From Escherichia coli O55:H7 (GTDB lineage: Bacteria; Pseudomonadota; Gammaproteobacteria; Enterobacterales; Enterobacteriaceae): a stretch of DNA of 32,000 nt. The stretch lies in assembly GCF_013167975.1 (NCBI RefSeq), contig NZ_CP038386.1. One strand, given 5' to 3'. Numbering within the stretch: the first letter of the stretch is position 1; each line of letters opens with the position of its first letter. The position numbers were made by a program, and so were the translations under genes. Below the pieces are notes generated by a model, which ran no database searches, was not told the origin of the DNA, and saw only the letters and a program-made list of their open reading frames with translations. Below are positions 1 through 7,616 of the stretch, piece by piece.

Positions 1-218
1 AACACGCGGGTTTCACCACCACGATGACGCAGCACTTTTCCTTCAACAACCGGGGAGACATAGGCCGCCACCGGCGTTTTTCCGGTAATTTTGTCCAGCA
101 TCACCTCTTCGGTATGGAAATTCACTGTACGGCGGAAAAACAGCTCCAGAAACAGCGCACGAAATTTAACTTTTTGTTCGGTATAACCGAGTAACTGGCG
201 GGTCGTAAACAATCCCAT
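1..218 (-). CDS. E: Major capsid protein gpE, N-terminal part (runs off window)
   Basis: Reverse translation from the ATG at 218 gives MGLFTTRQLLGYTEQKVKFRALFLELFFRRTVNFHTEEV...YVSPVVEGKVLRHRGG. This is colinear with the recalled lambda gpE N-terminus. Confidence 0.85.
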   Translation of the reverse strand, partial: MGLFTTRQLLGYTEQKVKFRALFLELFFRRTVNFHTEEVMLDKITGKTPVAAYVSPVVEGKVLRHRGGETRV

Positions 219-246
219 AAATCAGTTCCTTTCATTCAGAAATCAG

Positions 247-268
247 TCAGGCCACCGCGGTGGCCTGA
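247..268. repeat. Perfect 22-bp palindrome in the D-E intercistronic gap
   Basis: tcaggccaccg|cggtggcctga is exactly self-complementary. It lies between the D stop (276) and the E start (218). Confidence 0.8.
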
Positions 269-275
269 TAACGTG

Positions 276-623
276 TTACGGCAGCGCCGCGTGACTCAGG
301 GCACTGCCGGCAAAGGCATTTGCCTTTTTGTGTTCATCCACACTTTCAGGCCAGTGGATTGCCTCCGTCGCAAAGGTTCCCGACTTGTAATACGTCAGCG
401 CCGTCTCTGTGCCTTCAAGCGGCAGTACCAGTATGCCAACCGCACTACCGGCTTTCTGTCCGTCCCAGACCACCAGTTTCCCGGTGGCTTCATCCAGCAT
501 CAGGGGCGTCAGTGCCGGTGTTGGCGAGGAAATCCCGCTGCTGCCTGTGGCGGTATGAGCCGGATCATTACCGGCAAAAATACGTACTTCCGCACGCTGT
601 TCAGTGATGGTTTTCGTCACCAT
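276..623 (-). CDS. D: Head decoration protein gpD
   Basis: 115-aa ORF with DPAHTATG, TPLMLD, KLVVWDG, AVGILV, YYKSGTF and AFAG blocks in the same order as lambda gpD. Confidence 0.9.
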   Translation of the reverse strand: MVTKTITEQRAEVRIFAGNDPAHTATGSSGISSPTPALTPLMLDEATGKLVVWDGQKAGSAVGILVLPLEGTETALTYYKSGTFATEAIHWPESVDEHKKANAFAGSALSHAALP

Positions 624-659
624 ATTGTAAAAACCTCCTATTGATGGTCAGCACTGACT

Positions 660-2165
660 TCATGGCATGGCCATGAGCATTTTTACGTCCGCATCACCGT
701 CTGCTGACGTCTGTGGCACGCCACCCTGTACCGCTGTCGGTGAATGGTTCGCCATGAAATGTTCAAACATGGCGGTTGTGGATGCAGAGACCGGTTCTGC
801 CTTACCTGATCCCGCAGCCAGCACAGCCCGGGCGCTCTCCACAGTCATTCCCGGGCAGGCAGCCAGCTGTTCAGCCTGCGCCTCAGCCCCTTTTGCCTCA
901 TCCAGTGCCATGATCTGATCACGGAGTGATGGTCCGGCATCCGCCTGCGGTGAAGCAGCCAGGATCGGGCGGGCTTTTTCCACCGTCATCTCCGGCATCG
1001 CCGCCAGCGTTGCCGCCAGTTGTTCACGACCGTTCGCTTCTTCACACGCCATAATGCGATCGGCTTCACTCTGCGTGGATGCCACCGGCTGCTGCGGTGC
1101 CGCCGCGGCCAGAATCGCCCGGGCCTGTTCAACGCTCATGCCCTGTTGTCCTGCCAGCATCGTGGCAAGCTGTTCACGTCCTTTCGCTTCCTGGCATGTC
1201 AGGATCCCCATCACTCGCTGGTTCTCCTGCGCGGCGGCTTCCGTTGCAGTTAATTGCGGCATAGTGCCTCCTCTGACATTACTGTTCAGCGCCGTGGCCA
1301 TCACACTGATGGCATCCGACGCATTGATTAATTCATCCGCCAGCCCGGCCTCAATGCCAGACTGACCTTCAAAAACGGCGGCCTCTGTTCCCGTGACTGC
1401 ATCAACAGACAGACCGGTAAACATCGCCACTTTTTCGGCAAACATCCGGCGCGCCGCATCAATCCGCTGCTGCATGTCCTGGCGAACCTCTGCCGGCAAC
1501 GCTTCAAACTGATTGCCATCCACCTTGTGCGCCCCTGAGTAAATCAGCGTGATATCCACACCGCCCTGCGCCAGATGACCGGCATAGCTGACATGGCTCA
1601 TCATCACGCCAATGGAGCCGATACGGGATGTCTGGGTAACCAGTCGTCGGGAGCAGGCCGACGCCAGCAGCATGGCTGCAGAACAGGCCGTGTCATTGCA
1701 CAGTGCCCAGACCGGCTTCTGCTGACGGAGGCGGTAAATAATGTCAGCGCAGTCAAACGCGCCGGCGGCCTGCCCGCCCGGACTGTCAATGTCCAGCAGT
1801 ACGCCCCGCACCTGGCTATCCGCCATTGCCTGCTGAAGACAGGCGACAATACCGTCATAGCCTGTCATTCCGGAAAATGGCCGCATACCACCCAGCCGGT
1901 GCACCAGCGTGCCGGTCACCGGCAGTACAGCAATACCGTTCACCACCCTGTAAACACGGGCCGGTCGTTTACCTCCGGCCATGTACTCGTCCGTTTCAGC
2001 CAGCATTCCGGGAGCATCAAACTGTACCTGCTGTTGTGGTACCGAAAGACTTGCTGCCCCCATCTCGCGCCCGAGCGCGCAAAAGAAAACCCGCGCATAG
2101 GCGGGCTCCAGAAGCAGCGGTTCATTGAATGCTGCGGCAATAATGTGTGAAAGATTACGTCTCAC
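660..2165 (-). CDS. C: Head maturation protease / scaffold gpC (S49 ClpP-like) with nested Nu3-type C-terminus
   Basis: 501-aa ORF with a GTG start. FNEPLLLEPAYARVFFCAL, NGIAVLPVTGTL, SGMTGY, DSPGG, GAFDCADII and LIYSGAHKVDGN are colinear with lambda gpC. The C-terminal third carries three tandem Nu3-like modules. Confidence 0.9.
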   Translation of the reverse strand: MRRNLSHIIAAAFNEPLLLEPAYARVFFCALGREMGAASLSVPQQQVQFDAPGMLAETDEYMAGGKRPARVYRVVNGIAVLPVTGTLVHRLGGMRPFSGMTGYDGIVACLQQAMADSQVRGVLLDIDSPGGQAAGAFDCADIIYRLRQQKPVWALCNDTACSAAMLLASACSRRLVTQTSRIGSIGVMMSHVSYAGHLAQGGVDITLIYSGAHKVDGNQFEALPAEVRQDMQQRIDAARRMFAEKVAMFTGLSVDAVTGTEAAVFEGQSGIEAGLADELINASDAISVMATALNSNVRGGTMPQLTATEAAAQENQRVMGILTCQEAKGREQLATMLAGQQGMSVEQARAILAAAAPQQPVASTQSEADRIMACEEANGREQLAATLAAMPEMTVEKARPILAASPQADAGPSLRDQIMALDEAKGAEAQAEQLAACPGMTVESARAVLAAGSGKAEPVSASTTAMFEHFMANHSPTAVQGGVPQTSADGDADVKMLMAMP

Positions 2166-2868
2166 GTGGTGTTGTCTCCTCTTCCGGCCTGCGACTCTCC
2201 GCTATCTGCTGCTGATACGCCTGCGCTATCCACACCGGACGTGAGAGTCCGGCTTTTTCCCGCTCTGCAGATTCCCTGACCTGCTGGCGGAAAATCTCCT
2301 GATAATCCTCACCCATCAGCGCCAGCTCTTTCTCATACGTGCTCAGTCCGGCCTCAATGCGCATCACTGATTCCTGAACCTCCTTGAGCCCGTCAATGGC
2401 CATTCTTCCTGAACCAATCCACTCTGCCCGTGACCAGGCAGAACGCGCCTGATAAAAATCAAAACGCGCCCGTGGCAGGCGGATAATTCCCCGAAGAAGC
2501 GCCTCTTCCAGCCAGCAGGAAAACATCTGCGTGGCCAGCCGGGAAGCAATAAATTTTCGCCGTCCCATAAAATAACGCCACGACTCATTGGCTGAGGCGC
2601 GGGCACTTGAGTAACTGACCTTCGAGTAATCACGGGACAACTGTTCGTAGGAAACGCCAAGACCGGCGGCTATATACCGCAACAACGCCTGTTCAAGCGC
2701 AGAAAATCCATTGTCTGAATCCTGCGCAGTCTGCAGTTTCAGATCATCCCCGGGAAAAAGGTGCGGAATTTTGACGCCGCCCAGCGTCACGTTATTCGTG
2801 TCATACCAGCGGGTGAACTTCTCCAGAATATTAATAAGCGGATTATCCTGCTGACCTTGCGGCGCACC
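2155..2868 (-). pseudogene. B: Portal protein gpB, C-terminal fragment only
   Basis: The frame reads GAPQGQQDNPLINILEKFTRWYDTNNVTLGGVKIPHLFPGDDLKLQTAQD...SYEQLSRDYS...ASANESW...GSGRMAIDGLKEVQE. This is colinear with the C-terminal ~2/5 of lambda gpB. No N-terminal part is present upstream. Confidence 0.85.
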
Positions 2869-4322
2869 CGGAAAACACCGTGTTTTTTTGACCTCTGATA
2901 AACGATTTCGCCATCGATCCCCCCGATGTCCCAGCAGATACGGGAAATGGTCATTTCTGTTCCGTCTGCATGACGGTATTTTTTATTGATCGCCGCATCC
3001 ACACGTAACAGCGTCTCTTCTTCATCGGGACGTCCCATAATAATGATTTTATCCACCAGAAAGGCTTCCTCTCCCGGAGCCCATCCCCAGACATACATCT
3101 CAAAACGGTTTCGCTGCGAGTCAATGCCCGCCGTCAGATAAACCGCCCGGGCAGGCACCGCCGCCGTGTAATGAACAACCTTATCCATCAGTACCTGGTG
3201 ATCGAGTTTTTCGCCCACGGCCTCTTCCCAGGTCTCGCCCAGCGTGGTGTTCACAAAGGTTTTCACGCCGTTGGGATCTTTCAGTGCATCCAGCCAGTCA
3301 TAGACTATCTGTACCCAGGTGGTGAACGGACTGTACGCAGTCCAGATATGGAACGTGATGGAGCGCGGCGGCGGAATTTCATCACCCCGGGCGCTGAAAA
3401 ACATCAGGCCGTCACGGGTCCACATGCCCGAGTTTTCACAGATCCACCGCCCGTTACTCTGGTCAAGCTCAGACTGATGGATCACACAGCCATGATGCTC
3501 ACAAAGGTAGAAAGCACTTTCGGGTCTGTCCTTCTCCCATTTAAGGCCAAAAGGCGTGGACTCATCGCCAAATTTCAGATACTGCTCCTCCCCACAATGC
3601 GGGCAGGGCACATAAAAACGCATGAAATGTGCCGACTCGTTAGCGGCTTTTTCGATCTGACAGGTGCCTTTGATTTTAGGCGTTGAGCCGCGAATGGATT
3701 TTGGCCATACAGAGCCCTCAATACGTTTATCCCCCAGCAGGGTTGGCGAGCCCTCTTTTTCGACATCCGGTTCGAACGAGGAAAGTTCGTCATAGCAGAC
3801 CACATCCACGGATTTTTCACGGTAGTTTTTGGCGGCAGCGCCGCCCAGGCACCAGAAACCGACGCCAGATGAAAAGCGTTTCAGCGTGAGAGTATTGTCA
3901 CGATGTTTACGTCCCAGCCATGGGGAAATGACTTTCAGGCATGGCACGTCCCGAATCGTCGCCTCCACGTGAGACTTCATAAAATCTTCAGCGGCAGAAT
4001 CCGTGGGCTGAAAAAGCAGACTGTTTCGGGATTTATGCTCAATAAAATACCCGACCACCCCCAGCAACATCTTTGTATAGCCAACACGGGCAGATTTAAT
4101 CAGATTAACAGTGCGGATCTGATCATTCCCCATGCTGTTCATGATGGCGATCTGGAATGGCAGCGTTTTCCATTCTCCCTCACCATATGAAGATTCTTTA
4201 GGCAGATAATAATTTTGATCAGCCCATTCAACTGGCGTCACCGGCAATGCCCTTATCAGGGGCTGTAATGCAGTTGTGACAGCGCTCATCATATTATTCA
4301 GTTGTTGCTCTGATATATTCAT
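2787..4322 (-). pseudogene. A: Terminase large subunit gpA, truncated at about residue 510 by a deletion, with an unrelated 25-codon tail
   Basis: From the ATG at 4322 (MNISEQQLNN) the ORF is colinear with lambda gpA (YYLPKES, KSARVGYTKMLLG, GSPTLLGDKRIEGSVWPKSIRGSTPK, CPHCGEEQYLKFGD, HIWTAYSPFTTWVQIV) up to SKKHGVFRV. It then diverges (RRKVSRIIRLL...) to a stop at 2787. Confidence 0.85.
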
Positions 4323-4803
4323 CAAGTAAATCCGGTAATTTATCCCCTGCCCGCGCACACTGATTTGCCCCCTTAGCAATAAGGTTTTTCAGATGGTCAA
4401 GATGGCGCGGTGTTAAATCAGGAAACTGTCGCTGCATGGATAAAGGGATGGAATCAAGCGTACTGGATAACGCCATTGCCAGCTTACTGAGGGCAAAAAT
4501 ACAGAACCCGGTGTCAATCAGTTTTCCTTTTGACACCTCATTTTTTAACTGCTGTGTAACAGCCTGTTCTGCTGTCAGTTCCCATCTGGCAATAAGCAAT
4601 TTCTCTTCATAGTCTTCTTTGCTATCGCCATCAGGCACATCGTTTTTACTTCTTCTCAGATACGATATGTAAAAATCGCGCCAGGCATCCAGATCCAGTT
4701 GCCCTCGCTTATTCGAGATCGGGGCACCCGGTAATTTCTGCAATCTGCGAAGCTGGCGATCGGTCAGACTCAAATGCCTGGCAACTTCAGTCTGCGTAGC
4801 CAC
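4294..4803 (-). CDS. nu1: Terminase small subunit (Nu1 family) with a divergent N-terminal DNA-binding domain
   Basis: 169 aa with a GTG start preceded by GAGGTGAGGA. The C-terminal half (FCIFALSKLA...LDSIPLSMQRQFPDLTPRHLDHLK...LLDEYI) parallels lambda Nu1. The first ~60 aa are unlike lambda or phage 21. It overlaps the gpA start, as in lambda. Confidence 0.85.
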   Translation of the reverse strand: MATQTEVARHLSLTDRQLRRLQKLPGAPISNKRGQLDLDAWRDFYISYLRRSKNDVPDGDSKEDYEEKLLIARWELTAEQAVTQQLKNEVSKGKLIDTGFCIFALSKLAMALSSTLDSIPLSMQRQFPDLTPRHLDHLKNLIAKGANQCARAGDKLPDLLDEYIRATTE

Positions 4804-4841
4804 TCCTCACCTCGCAAAAACTCTTACCTCACAATCAGCAC

Positions 4842-5035
4842 AAAACCGGTCATGTCCGGTTTACATGTCCGTTTTTTGCACATGTCCGGTTCACGGACAG
4901 CCTGTTTTTATATTTTTCATATAGTTAACTTGCAGAGAAACCGGACATGGATCCCGGAAAATTTTCATAAATAGCGAAAACCCGCGAGGTCGCCGCCCCG
5001 TAGCCTGCAGGATCGCCGGAAAGGACCCACAAAAA
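4842..5035 (-). other. cos: cos region (cosB-like repeats, cosN, cosQ-side flank)
   Basis: The reverse complement of 4953-4998 reads GGGCGGCGACCTCGCGGGTTTTCGCTATTTATGAAAATTTTCCGG, which is the lambda left end as I recall it. The reverse complement of 4999-5030 (GTGGGTCCTTTCCGGCGATCCTGCAGGCTACG) resembles the lambda right end. It lies directly upstream of nu1. Confidence 0.9.
4987..4998 (-). other. cosN: cosN 12-nt cohesive-end sequence
   Basis: The + strand aggtcgccgccc is the reverse complement of GGGCGGCGACCT, the lambda cohesive end. Confidence 0.9.
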
Positions 5036-5192
5036 TGATAATAATTTCATGTGAATAATGCTCATCACAACGATGTGTGTGAGCCATCAAACAACGACAA
5101 ATAATCAATTATGGCGCAGATATCGTATTAATTGCCCCACATCAACTTAACGTAAAAGCAACTTCATACAATACAAATCAGCAACACTGAAT

Positions 5193-5429
5193 ATGAGCAA
5201 CATTATGTCATCGAAGAACAGAACCCGAAGAACAACAACCCGCAACATCCGATTTCCAAACCAGATGATTGAACAAATTAATATTGCTCTTGACCAGAAA
5301 GGTTCAGGGAATTTTTCAGCGTGGGTTATTGAAGCCTGCAGAAGAAGATTAATTAATGAAAAATATTCTCAATTTTTACCCAACAAAGACAAACACGACC
5401 AGAGCACCTGTTCAGACAGGTTTACTTAA
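5193..5429 (+). CDS. Small ribbon-helix-helix (Arc/CopG-like) DNA-binding protein; possibly the DUF3950-type family seen in lambdoid prophages
   Basis: 78 aa. RNIRFPNQMIEQINIALDQKGSGNFSAWVIEACRRRL fits a beta-strand, helix, helix RHH pattern. An intrinsic terminator follows it. Confidence 0.55.
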   Translation: MSNIMSSKNRTRRTTTRNIRFPNQMIEQINIALDQKGSGNFSAWVIEACRRRLINEKYSQFLPNKDKHDQSTCSDRFT

Positions 5430-5447
5430 ATGACTTATATATGACAC

Positions 5448-5476
5448 AAAAGCGACCACTAAAGTCGCTTTTTATT
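5448..5476 (+). terminator. Intrinsic terminator between convergent genes
   Basis: Stem aaaagcgac (5448-5456) pairs with gtcgctttt (5464-5472), with a T-rich tail. It sits between the + strand RHH gene and the - strand PerC-like gene. Confidence 0.7.
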
Positions 5477-5509
5477 ATGGTAACAGGCAATAACTCTCTC
5501 AGATATTTT

Positions 5510-5824
5510 TTAGCATTTTTTTGACCGCGCGTTTCCGGACGTATTCTGTTCTCCTGTCCCTTTATATCGTCGGAATACCCGCCGCTCTTCAAATCCCATT
5601 CCCAACTCAGAATGTAGTCTGTTGACCGCTTGTTTTATTTCTGTCAGGTTCATCGGTGAAACCGGAGTCCGGCGCGCCTTACGCAAACACTCTGCTCGTT
5701 TCTGTGCCGCCACTTTTCTTTTCTGGTCATCACTTAGCTGTACCATCACTTTTGCCCATCGTTCAGCTGCTCTCCGGTACAGTCCTTTTTTCTCCAGACA
5801 TTCTGCCAGGTGATCATGTAGCAT
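5510..5824 (-). CDS. PerC/Pch-like small transcriptional activator (prophage accessory gene)
   Basis: 104 aa. The N-terminal LEKKGLYRRAAERWAKVM plus a basic stretch resembles my recollection of the PerC family signature. Its position near cos matches that of pch genes in EHEC lambdoid prophages. The assignment is from memory only. Confidence 0.5.
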   Translation of the reverse strand: MLHDHLAECLEKKGLYRRAAERWAKVMVQLSDDQKRKVAAQKRAECLRKARRTPVSPMNLTEIKQAVNRLHSELGMGFEERRVFRRYKGTGEQNTSGNARSKKC

Positions 5825-6065
5825 AAGTGACCTCCGATTATCTACAGACTGCTATCCTGAATTTACCTTCCTTTAATGAAATAACAATAAAAAATAAATC
5901 ACAGAAAAACAACAAAACAACACACAAAAAAACTAAATAATAAACCCAAATAATCACCTTATTTTATTATTTTTTGAGAGAGCTATTACTGAACAAAAAA
6001 CGCTGACTATATACTCAAAACCAAACAACTATTCTGCCAATCAGGTATAATGGCAACACAAGGAA

Positions 6066-6206
6066 TTACCGTGTTTTTGCCTTCTCTGCCCATACAATAC
6101 GGACATATACTTCATACTCTATTGTAATATTTCCATCCATGCGAACAACTTCATTTATCTGTAAATAATATTCAAAATATTTATCACAGAAATCGTTTTT
6201 GGCCAT
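6066..6206 (-). CDS. Candidate 46-aa ORF in an AT-rich spacer (not in the ORF track)
   Basis: An ATG at 6206 gives MAKNDFCDKYFEYYLQINEVVRMDGNITIEYEVYVRIVWAEKAKTR, ending at TAA 6066-6068. No Shine-Dalgarno sequence is present. A TTAACA-19-TATAGT promoter-like pair ends ~8 nt upstream of the ATG. Confidence 0.2.
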   Translation of the reverse strand: MAKNDFCDKYFEYYLQINEVVRMDGNITIEYEVYVRIVWAEKAKTR

Positions 6207-6288
6207 GATCTGAGCACACTATAAAGTCCGGAACTGACTTTTTGTTAAATTACCTTAACGTTACCAGTAACACCTTCATAACAAAACA

Positions 6289-6753
6289 TCACGGTATACA
6301 CTGGGTACGGATATATTCCTGTGCTCCTTCCAGTTGCTTCTGCATTGTCATCAGCCGTTCTCTGAGGATGAAATAATCCCGTTCAGCGGTGTCTGCCAGT
6401 CGGGGGGAGGCTGCATTATCCACGCCGGAGGCGGTGGTGGCTTCACGCACTGACTGACAGACTGCTTTGATGTGCAACCGACGACGACCAGCGGCAACAT
6501 CATCACGCAGAGCATCATTTTCAGCTTTCGCATCAGCTAACTCCTTCGTGTATTTTGCATCGAGCGCAGCAACATCACGCTGACGCATCTGCATGTCAGT
6601 AATTACCGCATTCGCCAGCTTCAGTTCTCTGGCATTTTTGTCGCGCTGGGCTTTGTAGGTAATGGCATTGTCGCGGTAATGATTAACAGCCCATGACAGG
6701 CAGGCGATAATGCAGATAACCAGAGCGGAGATAATAACGGTTACCCTGCTCAT
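6289..6753 (-). CDS. Rz: i-spanin Rz
   Basis: [48 protein letters not shown]... is near-identical to recalled lambda Rz. An ATGA overlap joins it to the endolysin stop. Confidence 0.95.
   Translation of the reverse strand: MSRVTVIISALVICIIACLSWAVNHYRDNAITYKAQRDKNARELKLANAVITDMQMRQRDVAALDAKYTKELADAKAENDALRDDVAAGRRRLHIKAVCQSVREATTASGVDNAASPRLADTAERDYFILRERLMTMQKQLEGAQEYIRTQCIP
6351..6533 (-). CDS. Rz1: o-spanin Rz1 (lipoprotein), embedded in the +1 frame of Rz
   Basis: [54 protein letters not shown] has a lipobox (VVGC) and a proline-rich region, as in lambda Rz1. Confidence 0.95.
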   Translation of the reverse strand: MRKLKMMLCVMMLPLVVVGCTSKQSVSQCVKPPPPPAWIMQPPPDWQTPLNGIISSSENG

Positions 6754-7247
6754 TGTTGCCCCCACAAACAGACTTCACGCTCAATCTCGCGGCGAGTCAT
6801 CAGCCCTTTCCATTGCTTACCGCCAGCGTATGTCCAGCGCCGTAGCTGATCACATGCGCCTTTGATATCACCCTGGTTTATTTTGCGAAGAAGCGTCGAT
6901 GTTCTGAAATTGCCAGCGCCCACGTTGTAAACGAACGAGTAAAGAGCGCCGCGCGTTGTTTCCGGTATATCGACTTTGATGTACGGGTTAATTTGTCTGG
7001 CGACCGTGGCAAGGTCTTTATTCAGGAGGGCTTTGCATTCTGCTTCGGTATACGTTTTACCGGGCATGATGTCTTTTCCGGTGTGTCCGTGACATACAGT
7101 CCATACGCCAACGATATCTTTGTATGGTATGTAGCTGACACCTTCCAGACCATCGTTACCACCTGGACCAGTGATGAGCACAGACGCTATGGCAACAGCC
7201 CCACCACCAATAGCAGCTGCAACAGCCTTGCGTAATGACGGCGACAT
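6750..7247 (-). CDS. R: SAR endolysin (phage 21 R-type, T4-lysozyme-like GH24)
   Basis: The N-terminal signal-anchor-release segment is [18 protein letters not shown]. The catalytic E-x8-D-x5-T motif lies in [17 protein letters not shown]. The sequence is near-identical to recalled R21. Confidence 0.95.
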   Translation of the reverse strand: MSPSLRKAVAAAIGGGAVAIASVLITGPGGNDGLEGVSYIPYKDIVGVWTVCHGHTGKDIMPGKTYTEAECKALLNKDLATVARQINPYIKVDIPETTRGALYSFVYNVGAGNFRTSTLLRKINQGDIKGACDQLRRWTYAGGKQWKGLMTRREIEREVCLWGQQ

Positions 7248-7453
7248 TATTCACCTCTCGCAGCCTTACGCTTATCTTCTTTAATCTTGAAATAAAGATT
7301 TGTCAGATACGTCAGCAGGCCAAACAGCAGACTTCCCAGCACACCTATTGCCACCCACTGGGACGGAGAGACTTTGTCCAGCAGCTGCAGTAACCAGTAT
7401 CCCGTCCCCACCGCTGACGTGGTGTATGACACACCTGTTGTGATTTTTTCCAT
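7247..7453 (-). CDS. S: Pinholin (phage 21 S-type, class II holin)
   Basis: 68 aa. ...[40 protein letters not shown] matches the S21/EssD family. It has two TM segments and a basic C-terminus. Confidence 0.9.
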   Translation of the reverse strand: MEKITTGVSYTTSAVGTGYWLLQLLDKVSPSQWVAIGVLGSLLFGLLTYLTNLYFKIKEDKRKAARGE

Positions 7454-7489
7454 CTGATGTATGTCTCCGTCACCGCCGACAGAAAATGA

Positions 7490-7534
7490 AAGTAAAGAAA
7501 AACAAAAAAGCCGCCAGTGTCACCCACTGACGGC
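7490..7534 (-). terminator. Intrinsic terminator ~40 nt upstream of the holin gene
   Basis: The minus strand reads gccgtcagt-gggtgac-actggcggc (9 bp with one G-U) followed by ttttttgtttttc. Confidence 0.75.
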
Positions 7535-7541
7535 CAACACC

Positions 7542-7611
7542 GGGAGCCGTGATTATGGCATTCAGGCTCTGCTAAAAATGCCAGATAACATTCCGGCTCC
7601 CTCCCTGATTC
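7542..7611 (-). promoter_or_regulatory. Nested-hairpin leader element with an SD-like GGGAGGGAG and a 9-codon mini-ORF
   Basis: The outer stem GGGAGCCG (7601-7594) pairs with CGGCTCCC (7549-7542). The inner stem TGGCATT (7583-7577) pairs with AATGCCA (7562-7556). An ATG at 7591 gives MLSGIFSRA. The function is unknown. Confidence 0.3.
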
Positions 7612-7616
7612 AGGTT

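Noticed and set aside
273-644. 123-aa and 95-aa + strand ORFs overlapping gpD
   Set aside because: They lie antisense to a well-supported gpD homolog, have an Arg/Cys-rich low-complexity composition, and show no RBS. They are typical shadow ORFs.
1575-2150. 191-aa + strand ORF, plus several 60-100-aa ORFs on both strands inside gpC
   Set aside because: They are antisense or alternate-frame shadows of the GC-rich gpC gene. No recognisable motifs are present.
3171-3686. 171-aa + strand ORF inside the terminase gene
   Set aside because: It lies antisense to a region colinear with lambda gpA, and nothing independent supports it.
5905-5933. A/C-only tract considered as a GcvB-type sRNA sponge or mimic
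   Set aside because: Complementarity to the GU-rich GcvB seed is short (~9 nt as far as I can recall the seed). The strand and transcription status are unknown, so the idea is too speculative to claim.
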